DNA of 51,628 bases from Candidatus Levyibacteriota bacterium (GTDB lineage: Bacteria > Patescibacteriota > Microgenomatia > Levybacterales > UBA12049), in assembly GCA_016186645.1 (NCBI GenBank), contig JACPLF010000007.1, positions 192,651 through 244,278 of the forward strand. Reading direction: 5' to 3'. Under the pieces are notes generated by a model. That model saw only the letters and a program-made list of their open reading frames with translations. It was not told the DNA's origin and ran no database searches. The first letter of the stretch is position 1, and each line of letters starts with the position of its first letter. Positions 28,542 through 36,888 of the stretch are shown here, in pieces. The position numbers and the translations under genes are program-made.

Positions 28542-29140
28542 TTAAGCGGGTACTACCAGAGGTGTCGCATGCACACGTTCAAAGCCAAGGCGAGCATTCC
28601 AGTCGCCGACACGCAAACCCCAAGCAGCGCTGAAGTAGCCAACAATAGCTGCATGGGAAGAGTGCCCTACGGTTTTTGTCCTTACATAGGGATAACTATA
28701 TTCTGCTCCAAATAAATATTTTCCTGTTGTATCTAAGTGTAGAAATGCGAGTAGGGAATAATCAGGAGCATCTCCCATAATTGCTTTTATCTCCTCTGAA
28801 CCAAACTCCATTTGTAGTTTAATAGAATACTCACTAATCATATATTGCTGTTGAAATAAAGTAAGTCTGTTACTTTTTGGCAAGATAAACTTATCTGGAG
28901 AGGGATGAAAAGCTACCTCGCTTTGCATTGAAGGTAAAGATAACTTTCTTTTACCATCATATATATATACCAGAAGGGCCTGCCTGCTAATTTTTGAGCT
29001 CGAAGAGATTGTCCGTCAAGACGGTAATGCAAAAGCCCCTTTTCCTTTAAAAATTCAAGAGCATCTTTGGAAAATGGTTTTATTTCAACTGGTGTTTCTG
29101 GATGTCTTGAGCCGGCATCCAAGGCTTCTTTCATTGTCAT
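28542..29140 (-). pseudogene. Hypothetical gene frameshifted at an 11-nt (TA)n tract (28959-28969); possibly phase-variable
   Basis: ORFs 28913-29140 and 28542-28928 join into one 198-aa frame (FWYIYDGKRKLSLPSMQSEVAFHP) if one TA unit is removed. Confidence 0.75.
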
Positions 29141-29194
29141 AGGTTTGTTGTATAGTATGATTATAAATCACTTGTCAAGCGATCTGGCTGGTTG

Positions 29195-29842
29195 TTACAC
29201 GTAATTTTTTATCAGGTTTTCAAAAAAACGTTTTATTTCTTCCGGTTTCGGCAACTTTGACAAAGATGCGGGAATAATGTCAAAATTCCTTAAATCTTCG
29301 AAATAAATTAGTTGCGTTAAGAAAATTTTCTCGTCAAAAACATTTCCATACACTTTTTTAACAAAGGCTATAATCTCCGATAAATCCATATACTTATTCT
29401 TAAGTATCGTGTAGAGATCAAAGTAATCTCTATATTCTCCTCTTCTTCCGATGGTGTATGCTTTTTTTATAGCAATGTCTTTTATTCCAAATACTTTTAA
29501 TCCATTTTCCAGCGTCTCTTTCGGAAAGGAATGGCCGAAAGGGTAATAAAGAAAGGTAACCTTAATCTTGTTTTTGGTAAAAAAAGTGAGCTCGTCAGCG
29601 CTATCAACAGCAACATTACCGATCGGTATTGTATTGGAAAGTTTCTCAAGAAGATTTTTTGGAATTGGGTTCGAGCCGAAAAAATCAAAGTCGAATGATT
29701 TGCGATGATTAAGGCTTAATGCCAACGCAGTACCGCCACCCAAAATATAATCTTTTGCGTATGGATAAAGTTTGTCTAAAAGGCTATGCCTTTTGTTATC
29801 CAATACGCCTGGGTGAATTTTTAAGATATTTTTGTTCATCAA
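29195..29842 (-). CDS. AbiEii/AbiGii-family nucleotidyltransferase toxin (type IV TA)
   Basis: YILGGGTALAL.LNHRKSFDFDFF, DIAIKKAYTIGRR..YRDYFDLY. Confidence 0.85.
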   Translation of the reverse strand: MMNKNILKIHPGVLDNKRHSLLDKLYPYAKDYILGGGTALALSLNHRKSFDFDFFGSNPIPKNLLEKLSNTIPIGNVAVDSADELTFFTKNKIKVTFLYYPFGHSFPKETLENGLKVFGIKDIAIKKAYTIGRRGEYRDYFDLYTILKNKYMDLSEIIAFVKKVYGNVFDEKIFLTQLIYFEDLRNFDIIPASLSKLPKPEEIKRFFENLIKNYV

Positions 29843-30059
29843 TAGAAGCGTGTATCTGTAAAATAATGTTTTTAATAAAATTGAAAAGAGGCGCTGTATA
29901 TACTTTTTTAGGATATTCGAGAAAAAGACCTTTTAATTTTTTGGTTCCCATTGTTTTTTTGAGAAATTGAATGTCATAAAGACTACCATAGGCCAAAATT
30001 TGATGAACAACATCAGGAGATTTTTTACTTTTTGTATTCGTATACCATGAATAGTTCAT
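29796..30059 (-). CDS. Putative cognate antitoxin of the AbiEii toxin
   Basis: Small gene overlapping the toxin start; YSW...VVHQILAYGSLYDI; TG-A-TATAAT 6 nt upstream of the ATG. Confidence 0.65.
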   Translation of the reverse strand: MNYSWYTNTKSKKSPDVVHQILAYGSLYDIQFLKKTMGTKKLKGLFLEYPKKVYTAPLFNFIKNIILQIHASIDEQKYLKNSPRRIG

Positions 30060-30100
30060 AAGCTTATTATATCAAAAATTTCCTTAGAAGTGTATCCAAG

Positions 30101-30535
30101 TCAAACTTGGTGTAACTGATTGTCAAGCGCGGCATTAACGAATTCGTCAGCTTTGGTATTTTGCTCTCGGGGAATATGCTTATAATAGATTGGGAAATTT
30201 ATTCTCGTTTCTCTGTCTCTAACATCAAAAAGTAAATTTCTAAGATCTGCATTTTTAACTTTGAAAATTCCTATTATTTGAGAGTAAATTAATTTTGAAT
30301 CCAGAAAAAAATTAATTCTCGCATTTTCTGACAAACTTTTTTTATTTTCAATAATCCAGTCAAGCGCCTCAATTACAGCTTTGTATTCCGCAACATTATT
30401 AGTTGCGATCCCAATTTGTTTGCCAAAACCAGCAATCTTTTTGTGATTTCCATCTACTATACAAACTCCGATTGCCGAGGGCCCGGGATTTCCTCTTGCT
30501 CCCCCATCTGTAAAAACATTTAAAGTATTTGTCAT
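30101..30535 (-). CDS. rnhA: Ribonuclease HI
   Basis: FTDGGARGNPGPSAIG, TNNVAEYKA, LDSKL, IPREQNTKADEFVN. Confidence 0.9.
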   Translation of the reverse strand: MTNTLNVFTDGGARGNPGPSAIGVCIVDGNHKKIAGFGKQIGIATNNVAEYKAVIEALDWIIENKKSLSENARINFFLDSKLIYSQIIGIFKVKNADLRNLLFDVRDRETRINFPIYYKHIPREQNTKADEFVNAALDNQLHQV

Positions 30536-30639
30536 CTAAATAATCTTATCATACTTCAGATTTCGGGAAAAGTTCTTATTTTGAGAAATCTGTGAAAATA
30601 ATTTCTTTTGGATAAAATTGGGGCAGAGGATTATGAAAG

Positions 30640-31944
30640 CTATTTTAATGGCTTATTGTACCAACATAATCCCAAAATAAAAGTCAGCAATAATTGTCCT
30701 TGTTGTAGGGTCAAGAAGTAATGGTCAAACAATCCCAAGATAATTATTAATGATAAAGGATAAATGATGAATGAAGAATTAATCCTTCTGTATGTTTGGA
30801 CTAAAAACCAAAAGAAAAAGGAAAAACCTATAATTCCTGTTTCGGAAAATATTAATAAGAAAATATTATGAACCGGTTGTAAGTAAAATAGGGGAGTATG
30901 CGCCTTTTGATAATCAGGTAAATTTATTAAAAAGTTATTTAAGCCTACTCCAAAGACAAGATTGTCTCTAATCATTGCTATTGAACTTTTAATAAGACTT
31001 TCTCTTTGCACAATTGACTCGTCTGTCAATTTCAAGCTAGCAAATCTTGTTCCTAAAGGTGTTGTTAAACCTAAAACTAAAATCAAACCCAGAGAAAGAA
31101 TTATGATATAAGATTTAAGATTTACGAATCTTCTGAAAATATAGATCCCCAAAATTACAAACCACAAAACAATTGCAATGCGGCTTAATGTTAATAAGAG
31201 CGAAGCTGTGCCGATTATAACTGACAACTTAAGAAAGATTTCCTTCATACTTAATACTTTATACTTAATGCTTGCTACTATTAGCGTCATCGCAATAATA
31301 AGATGCCCTGCGAGTACATTGGGGTGGGAGAATGTACCATATGGACGAAGAAATAATTCTCCTCCTAAGGAAGCATTTGCTATGCCCGGAGTATTGGAAT
31401 TAAAAAGTCTCTCGCCAAAAAAATAAAAGATGCCCTGCAAGGATCCGTGATTAATATATTGCGCAAAAGCAAGAAAGGATTCAAAAACTATACCAATTGA
31501 GAACATTAATAGTATGTTTGCAAATTTTAATTTATTAGTATCTTGAGCTACGTAAAATCCCACAAAGCTAAATTCCAAGATTTTTATTGCTCCATAAATT
31601 CCGACCTGGGGGCTTTTTGATAAAGCAATACCGATTATTAAACACAAGGCAAAAATAACAATTGGAAATTGGGGTTTGATTAGAAATTTTCTTCTATTAA
31701 AAATCCACAAAATGAAGATTAACAAAATAAGTGTGTCGGTTGCATACATGGTGGGGGAGAGATAGTCTATGCGAACTCCTTTGATAAAAGCAAAATCCGG
31801 CCAAAAATGAACACCTAATTGTGTGGGAATGAAAAGAATAAGAGAATATAAAAGAAGCCTTTGAATATTATTTAGATTTTGGCTTGACAACCAGAACCCT
31901 GTCGCGGCCTTCGCCTTGGGATTCTGAAATAACTTCTTCATCAC
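30640..31944 (-). CDS. O-antigen ligase/Wzy_C-family membrane protein (true start possibly TTG at 31890)
   Basis: About 12 TM segments; RPYGTFSHPNVLAG, LLLTLSR, R...I..S..MI.DN..FGVG.NNF, PVHN.FL...SETGIIG. Confidence 0.8.
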   Translation of the reverse strand: MMKKLFQNPKAKAATGFWLSSQNLNNIQRLLLYSLILFIPTQLGVHFWPDFAFIKGVRIDYLSPTMYATDTLILLIFILWIFNRRKFLIKPQFPIVIFALCLIIGIALSKSPQVGIYGAIKILEFSFVGFYVAQDTNKLKFANILLMFSIGIVFESFLAFAQYINHGSLQGIFYFFGERLFNSNTPGIANASLGGELFLRPYGTFSHPNVLAGHLIIAMTLIVASIKYKVLSMKEIFLKLSVIIGTASLLLTLSRIAIVLWFVILGIYIFRRFVNLKSYIIILSLGLILVLGLTTPLGTRFASLKLTDESIVQRESLIKSSIAMIRDNLVFGVGLNNFLINLPDYQKAHTPLFYLQPVHNIFLLIFSETGIIGFSFFFWFLVQTYRRINSSFIIYPLSLIIILGLFDHYFLTLQQGQLLLTFILGLCWYNKPLK

Positions 31945-32341
31945 CTTCCAGCAATAAGTGAACGACCCTTCTTTCCCAAGATTTTAGTTCCGGAATTACC
32001 GCTTCTTTGCCGTCAGCTAAAACCCTTTCTTTGGTTTCTAAAGCCAGCGTCTTTAACCAATCCGTTCTATTTTTCTTATAGTCTCCGGCATCAATTGATA
32101 TCCTAACAAAGCGTCCTAATTTTCTTGCAACACACAATGAAAGGACAAGTTGCAAACCCTCAAGAGTATCTCCGTGGTATCCAATTACTACTCCTGTATC
32201 TTTTGTGTTGAGAACTATTTCTACGGATTTTTCTCCTTTGCCATTTTGCATTTCCAGAATTTCGAAATCTCCATCAACATCCAGCATCTCTAATAGCTTT
32301 TTTGTAATATCTTTTATAATTTTTATTTCTTTTTTATCCAA
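31868..32341 (-). CDS. jag: Jag/KhpB-like KH-R3H protein lacking the Jag_N domain
   Basis: GVVIGYHGDTLEGLQ (KH), IDAGDYKK, ERRVVH (R3H), SQGEGRDRVLVV; conserved position after yidC. Confidence 0.88.
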   Translation of the reverse strand: MDKKEIKIIKDITKKLLEMLDVDGDFEILEMQNGKGEKSVEIVLNTKDTGVVIGYHGDTLEGLQLVLSLCVARKLGRFVRISIDAGDYKKNRTDWLKTLALETKERVLADGKEAVIPELKSWERRVVHLLLEGDEEVISESQGEGRDRVLVVKPKSK

Positions 32342-33156
32342 GTGCTTAGTCCTCCTAATCCTGCAATTTTATATTGCTGTATAATACCAAAAACAGTAAA
32401 CGTATTCCAATACAGAGCTAGCCCGACAGGAAATTGCCATGAGAAAAACCCAATCATAAGAGGCATAAGATACAACATCTGGCTTTGCATACTGCTTGCC
32501 ATATCTCCCTTAGTATCTTTTTCTTTTTTTTCCAGTGGCGAATCTGATGGGTACTTCTTTACGGGGGATGGAGCCATCATTTTCGACTGTACAAATGTCA
32601 AAGCCGCTGTAACAATTGGGATTAAAAGCAACCCCCATCCGTCTTGGCCAAAATCCGAAGGCCTGTGTGAAAGGTTAATTCCTAAAAATTGCGGGCTTGG
32701 CATTTTCGCAAGATCCGGTATAAAAGAATAGGTAAGATCGTTAATTCGTGTCAGTCCGGATTTAGAATCAAAAAAAGCAAATATTACCTGGTACAACGCT
32801 ATAAATACAGGCATTTGAATTAAAGCAGGCAGACATCCTGCAGCCGGGTTTATCCCATGTTCTTTAAAAAGCGCCATTTGAGCTGTAGCAAACTTTTGTT
32901 TATCTCCCTTGTGCTTTTCTTTAAGCTTATCTAGATGGGGCTTTAGATCTGACATTTTTTTAGTAGAGCGCAATTGAGCAGTCATAAAAGGCCAAATCAA
33001 AAGCTTTATGACAATTGTTAAAGCTATGATTGAAAGTCCTAAGGATCCCGGAATCCCAATATAATTAAATACGTGGATGAAAAAAACCATTACATTAATA
33101 ATTGGGGCGATAAAAAAAGTGTCAAATACTGCGCCGATTGCTGAAAAAGGATTCAT
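32323..33156 (-). CDS. yidC: Membrane protein insertase YidC (short form)
   Basis: GLSIIALTIVIKLL, M..LKP....LKEKHK, LFKEHGINPAAGCLPALIQMPVF, GLALYW. Confidence 0.93.
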   Translation of the reverse strand: MNPFSAIGAVFDTFFIAPIINVMVFFIHVFNYIGIPGSLGLSIIALTIVIKLLIWPFMTAQLRSTKKMSDLKPHLDKLKEKHKGDKQKFATAQMALFKEHGINPAAGCLPALIQMPVFIALYQVIFAFFDSKSGLTRINDLTYSFIPDLAKMPSPQFLGINLSHRPSDFGQDGWGLLLIPIVTAALTFVQSKMMAPSPVKKYPSDSPLEKKEKDTKGDMASSMQSQMLYLMPLMIGFFSWQFPVGLALYWNTFTVFGIIQQYKIAGLGGLSTWIKKK

Positions 33157-33344
33157 CTACAAGCTCCTATTCTTTTTACACCCAATAGAATTCCAAAAAA
33201 ACCATGTTGTTTTATCATTTGCTTTGTGTATTCTGAACAAGTGGGGGAAAATCTGCACATTCTATCAATTCCTAAAATGTTTTTAAAAACACCCGAAATA
33301 AAACTTTGATAAAAATTGATAATTAAAATTAAAGCCTTACTCAT
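33153..33344 (-). CDS. yidD: Membrane protein insertion efficiency factor YidD
   Basis: YQSFIS...CRFSPTCSEY...GILLGVKRIGAC; synteny with rnpA and yidC. Confidence 0.9.
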   Translation of the reverse strand: MSKALILIINFYQSFISGVFKNILGIDRMCRFSPTCSEYTKQMIKQHGFFGILLGVKRIGACR

Positions 33345-33347
33345 CTT

Positions 33348-33692
33348 TCATTTCTCGCTTCTCATTTTCATTAATCCTGCTTTTGCCAACGCCTCTTTTA
33401 TTATTGATTGGTTTTCCTCTTTGGTTTTTTCCAAAACTCCAATTCTTGTAATAACGAGTATATCATGTCCGGGAATCATATTCCCATCTAATTCCCTTAA
33501 GATGTCCCTCAACATTCTCTTGATCCTGTTTCTCCCAACCGCTCTTTTGTCAATCTTTTTTGAAACAACAATTCCAAAACGATTTAAAGTTAACCCATTT
33601 TTTTTTGCTTTTAAAACAAATTGGGGAACAGTGAAATTATAAGAATTGTTAAATCTTACTCCAGACACAAGACGATTTTCTCTTTTAAACAT
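33348..33692 (-). CDS. rnpA: Ribonuclease P protein component
   Basis: RFGIVVSKKIDKRAVGRNRIKR (RNR motif). Confidence 0.95.
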   Translation of the reverse strand: MFKRENRLVSGVRFNNSYNFTVPQFVLKAKKNGLTLNRFGIVVSKKIDKRAVGRNRIKRMLRDILRELDGNMIPGHDILVITRIGVLEKTKEENQSIIKEALAKAGLMKMRSEK

Positions 33693-33701
33693 CTTCTAAG
33701 A

Positions 33702-33836
33702 TTAAATTGAGGGTTTCGATCTGCCCTTAGTTCTTCTTCTTTTTAAAACCTTCTGTCCATTGTGAGATCTCATTCGATGCCTAAAGCCATGTTTTCTTTT
33801 TCGTTTTACTTTTTTTAGCGTTACGAATTTTTCCAT
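33702..33836 (-). CDS. rpmH: 50S ribosomal protein bL34 (absent from the ORF track)
   Basis: Manual translation: [44 protein letters not shown]; canonical position divergent from dnaA. Confidence 0.92.
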   Translation of the reverse strand: MEKFVTLKKVKRKRKHGFRHRMRSHNGQKVLKRRRTKGRSKPSI

Positions 33837-33897
33837 AACAAGTAGTATATCATAAAAAAGACACAGTTGTATCCACTTTCTCTATCTTGACAAAAAG

Positions 33898-33906
33898 TTA
33901 TCCACA
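33898..33906 (+). promoter_or_regulatory. DnaA box in the dnaA promoter
   Basis: Perfect TTATCCACA just downstream of TTGACA (33887-33892); another perfect box (TGTGGATAA) lies inside dnaA at 34123-34131. Confidence 0.8.
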
Positions 33907-33925
33907 TGGTTTAACTGTATGTTAC

Positions 33926-35293
33926 ATGGGCGACGAAAATAATATTTTGTGGAAAAAAGTCTTAGGGGAAATAGAGACAGAGGTTTCTCGCGCTAATTTT
34001 TTAACTCTTTTTAAACCAACCGGACTCCTTTCTTTGGAAGATGGAGTGGCCTCAATTGCTGCCCCCTCAACAATGATTATTGATCTTCTGCAAAAACGCT
34101 TCTATCAAATTATTAAAAAAACTGTGGATAAACATACCAACATGGACATCAAAATAATATTTGTTCCTAAAATTATTAATCATATCTCCAAAGACAAGAT
34201 TGGCATTGCTCCTCTTTTAGAGTTTGCTGAAAAGAAAACTGCAACAATCGGTCACCTTCCGAGAGTGAGGGCTGACTACACCTTCCAAACCCTTGCTGTT
34301 TCTTCAACCAATCAACTTGCCTATGTTTCGGCAACAACTGTCGCAAAAAAAATAGGCACCGCATATAACCCTCTTTTTATTTACGGCCCTGTGGGTGTTG
34401 GGAAAACACACATCATGCAGGCAATCGCAAATGAGGTTTACAGAAACGACCCCAACAAAAAAATTATCTACACAACAAGTGAGGAATTTACAAATGAAGT
34501 TGTCGAAGCAATAAGAAATAACGATACCGCAAGAATGAAAAGAAAATTCAGAAATATTGACCTTTTAATTATAGATGACGTACAGTTTTTTGCGGGAAAA
34601 GATCGGGCCCAAGAAGAACTTTTCCACACTTTTAATATTCTTATTGATGAGGGTGCGCAGATTGTTTTGTCCTCGGACCGTCCTCCGTCTGAGATAAAAA
34701 AACTGGAAAAAAGGTTATCTTCCAGGTTTGCCGGGGGGTTAACCGTAGATATAGAGGCTGCAGATTTTGAGCTAAGATGTGCAATTCTTCTTATCAAGGC
34801 AAAAAAATATGACATTGATCTTTCGATTGACAGCGCAAAAAAGATTGCGGAAAAAGCACACGACTCAAGAGAGCTAGAAGGACTTCTTCTCAAAACCATT
34901 ACTGTTTCAAACAATCGCGGAGTAGAGATTACGCCCGAACTTGTAGATAGCTCTTTTAACCAACAAGGGACGGAAGATAAGTTTTTTTTTCGTCCTGACG
35001 AGGTTATTAAAAACGTCTGCTCCTTTTATAATATTAAGGAAACATTAATAAAGGGCCCGAAAAGAGACTCTTCTTTGGTAAAGGCAAGGCATATTGCAAT
35101 GTTTCTTTTAAAAAACGACCTTAGCTTAAGCTATGTAGAAATAGGAAATATTTTAGGAGGGCGAGACCACACAACCATCATGCACGGGGTTGGGAAAATA
35201 GAAAAGCTTCTTTCAAACAAAAAATTTTCTGAGGAAATGATGGGGATAAAGTCTTTATTAAAAAACAATAAGGGAAACACGAGGGGTTTGTAA
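33926..35293 (+). CDS. dnaA: Chromosomal replication initiator DnaA
   Basis: YNPLFIYGPVGVGKTH, LLIIDDVQFF, QEELFHTFN, SSDRPP, RLSSRFAGG, GGRDHTTIMHG. Start placed at ATG 33926. Confidence 0.97.
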   Translation: MGDENNILWKKVLGEIETEVSRANFLTLFKPTGLLSLEDGVASIAAPSTMIIDLLQKRFYQIIKKTVDKHTNMDIKIIFVPKIINHISKDKIGIAPLLEFAEKKTATIGHLPRVRADYTFQTLAVSSTNQLAYVSATTVAKKIGTAYNPLFIYGPVGVGKTHIMQAIANEVYRNDPNKKIIYTTSEEFTNEVVEAIRNNDTARMKRKFRNIDLLIIDDVQFFAGKDRAQEELFHTFNILIDEGAQIVLSSDRPPSEIKKLEKRLSSRFAGGLTVDIEAADFELRCAILLIKAKKYDIDLSIDSAKKIAEKAHDSRELEGLLLKTITVSNNRGVEITPELVDSSFNQQGTEDKFFFRPDEVIKNVCSFYNIKETLIKGPKRDSSLVKARHIAMFLLKNDLSLSYVEIGNILGGRDHTTIMHGVGKIEKLLSNKKFSEEMMGIKSLLKNNKGNTRGL

Positions 35294-35420
35294 ATCTTAT
35301 CAACCCCTATGTCTATTGTTTGCCCACAGGTTATCCACATTATTTTAGCCATGCCTCTTGCTTTTTTCCACTTTTCCATATACACTACTACAACTACAAA
35401 TTTTAAAACTATAGAAAAAA
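35294..35420. other. Predicted replication origin oriC
   Basis: dnaA-dnaN spacer with TTATCCACA (35331-35339), near-consensus boxes at 35320, 35364 and 35372, a CTA-CTA-CAA-CTA trio-like run (35385-35396), then an AT-rich tract. Confidence 0.8.
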
Positions 35421-36551
35421 ATGAGAGTTTCTTTACTTTCGGGGAATCTGCAAAAAAAAATTTTATTCCTAAACCACGCCATATCTACAAGGTCTCAGCT
35501 TCCGATACTTCTCAATTTTTTGATAGAGGCTAAGAGGGGGAAACTAACCATAAGCGCAACAGACCTGGACGTAGGGATAATAACAGAAGTGCCGGCAAAA
35601 ATAGAAAAAGAAGGCTCAGTTACGGTACCGGCAAAAACATTCACGGAATTAACCGGAGCAATTCCTTTGGATAAAATAACCCTTGAAACAGATAGGGAAG
35701 GGCTGGTTTTAACAGGAGACAAAACGAGAACGGTTTTTCAAACAGCCCCAGCCGACGACTTCCCAAAACTATACGAAGAAAAAGGAGAAGCGGCCTTAAC
35801 TTTAAAAAAAGAAACCATGGCCTCAGATTTTTCAAAAATTGTCTTTGCAGCAAGCCCCGACTCAGAAAGACCGGCCCTATCAGGGGTTTTGATAAAAGAA
35901 GAAAAAGGGGGCTTTTTGCTGGTTGCAACAGACGGATATAGGCTCTCTTTAAAAAAGCACGCATTAAAAAATGTCCAAAAAACAAAAAACAAAGATCAGG
36001 TTTCCCTTCTTGTTCCATCCCGGGTTATTAGGGAGCTTATCCAGATGGAAAAAGACGCAGAAGGTGCGGACATAATGGTTTATGCTTCAGAGGAAAAAAA
36101 TCAGATTGTTTTTGCAACGCCCGACACAACTCTTGTAGGGAGGCTTATAGAGGCAGAGTTCCCAATTTATGAAAAAATAATACCAACAGACTTTTCTACA
36201 AAAACCGTTTTTCAAAGGGAAGATTTACAAAGAGCAATTAAAGCGGGGTATGTTTTTGCCAGACAAACTGCCGGCATTGTCAAGCTGTCTATTAAAAAAG
36301 ACAAGATTGTAGTTTCGGCCAACGCCCCATCTGTTGGGAACAACACAATTGAAGTTGACGCCAAAACGGAGGGTGAAGAAAACGACATCGCATTTAACGC
36401 TAGATATCTTTTGGATTTTCTTTCAAACGCAACTAGTGACGAAGCATCTTTTGAAATGACAGGACCTCTTAATCCAGGAGTTTTTAGAGAAATAGATGAT
36501 TCCTCTTTTCTTCATCTGATAATGCCAATCAGGGTGCAGCAGGAGGGCTAG
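35421..36551 (+). CDS. dnaN: DNA polymerase III beta sliding clamp
   Basis: LPILLNFLI, SATDLD, LVATDGYRL, RLIEAEFPIYEKIIP, IAFNARYLLD, LHLIMPIR. Confidence 0.97.
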   Translation: MRVSLLSGNLQKKILFLNHAISTRSQLPILLNFLIEAKRGKLTISATDLDVGIITEVPAKIEKEGSVTVPAKTFTELTGAIPLDKITLETDREGLVLTGDKTRTVFQTAPADDFPKLYEEKGEAALTLKKETMASDFSKIVFAASPDSERPALSGVLIKEEKGGFLLVATDGYRLSLKKHALKNVQKTKNKDQVSLLVPSRVIRELIQMEKDAEGADIMVYASEEKNQIVFATPDTTLVGRLIEAEFPIYEKIIPTDFSTKTVFQREDLQRAIKAGYVFARQTAGIVKLSIKKDKIVVSANAPSVGNNTIEVDAKTEGEENDIAFNARYLLDFLSNATSDEASFEMTGPLNPGVFREIDDSSFLHLIMPIRVQQEG

Positions 36552-36882
36552 TTGGTTTCTGGGTTGGTAAATGATTGGGTAGAGTTTGAACGCCTGTTTC
36601 TAAAGCGGGAGCCCCTCCAAAACCGACGATTATAAACGTAAGTACAGAAACAAGAACGATGGCTATTAGGATGGGAAGCCCCGGTCCTATTAAAAAAACA
36701 GCAAAGCCCCTTAGCGCTGTTTGCACAGCAACCTTTGAGCCGATCCTGCCAATAGGATTTGAAAACAATCTATTCGCGTTTCTTAAATTGTTGACAGAGT
36801 TTATTCCGCGGCTAATAATTCCTTGTCTCGATTCTTGTTTTTGATCTTGATAGTTTTGTTTTTCCTCTTGCGTTGGGTACAT
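36529..36882 (-). CDS. Small membrane protein downstream of virB4, possibly truncated
   Basis: ATG 6 bp after the virB4 stop; long hydrophobic segment; its end overlaps the dnaN 3' end convergently. Confidence 0.55.
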   Translation of the reverse strand: MYPTQEEKQNYQDQKQESRQGIISRGINSVNNLRNANRLFSNPIGRIGSKVAVQTALRGFAVFLIGPGLPILIAIVLVSVLTFIIVGFGGAPALETGVQTLPNHLPTQKPTSPPAAP

Positions 36883-36888
36883 AGTCTA

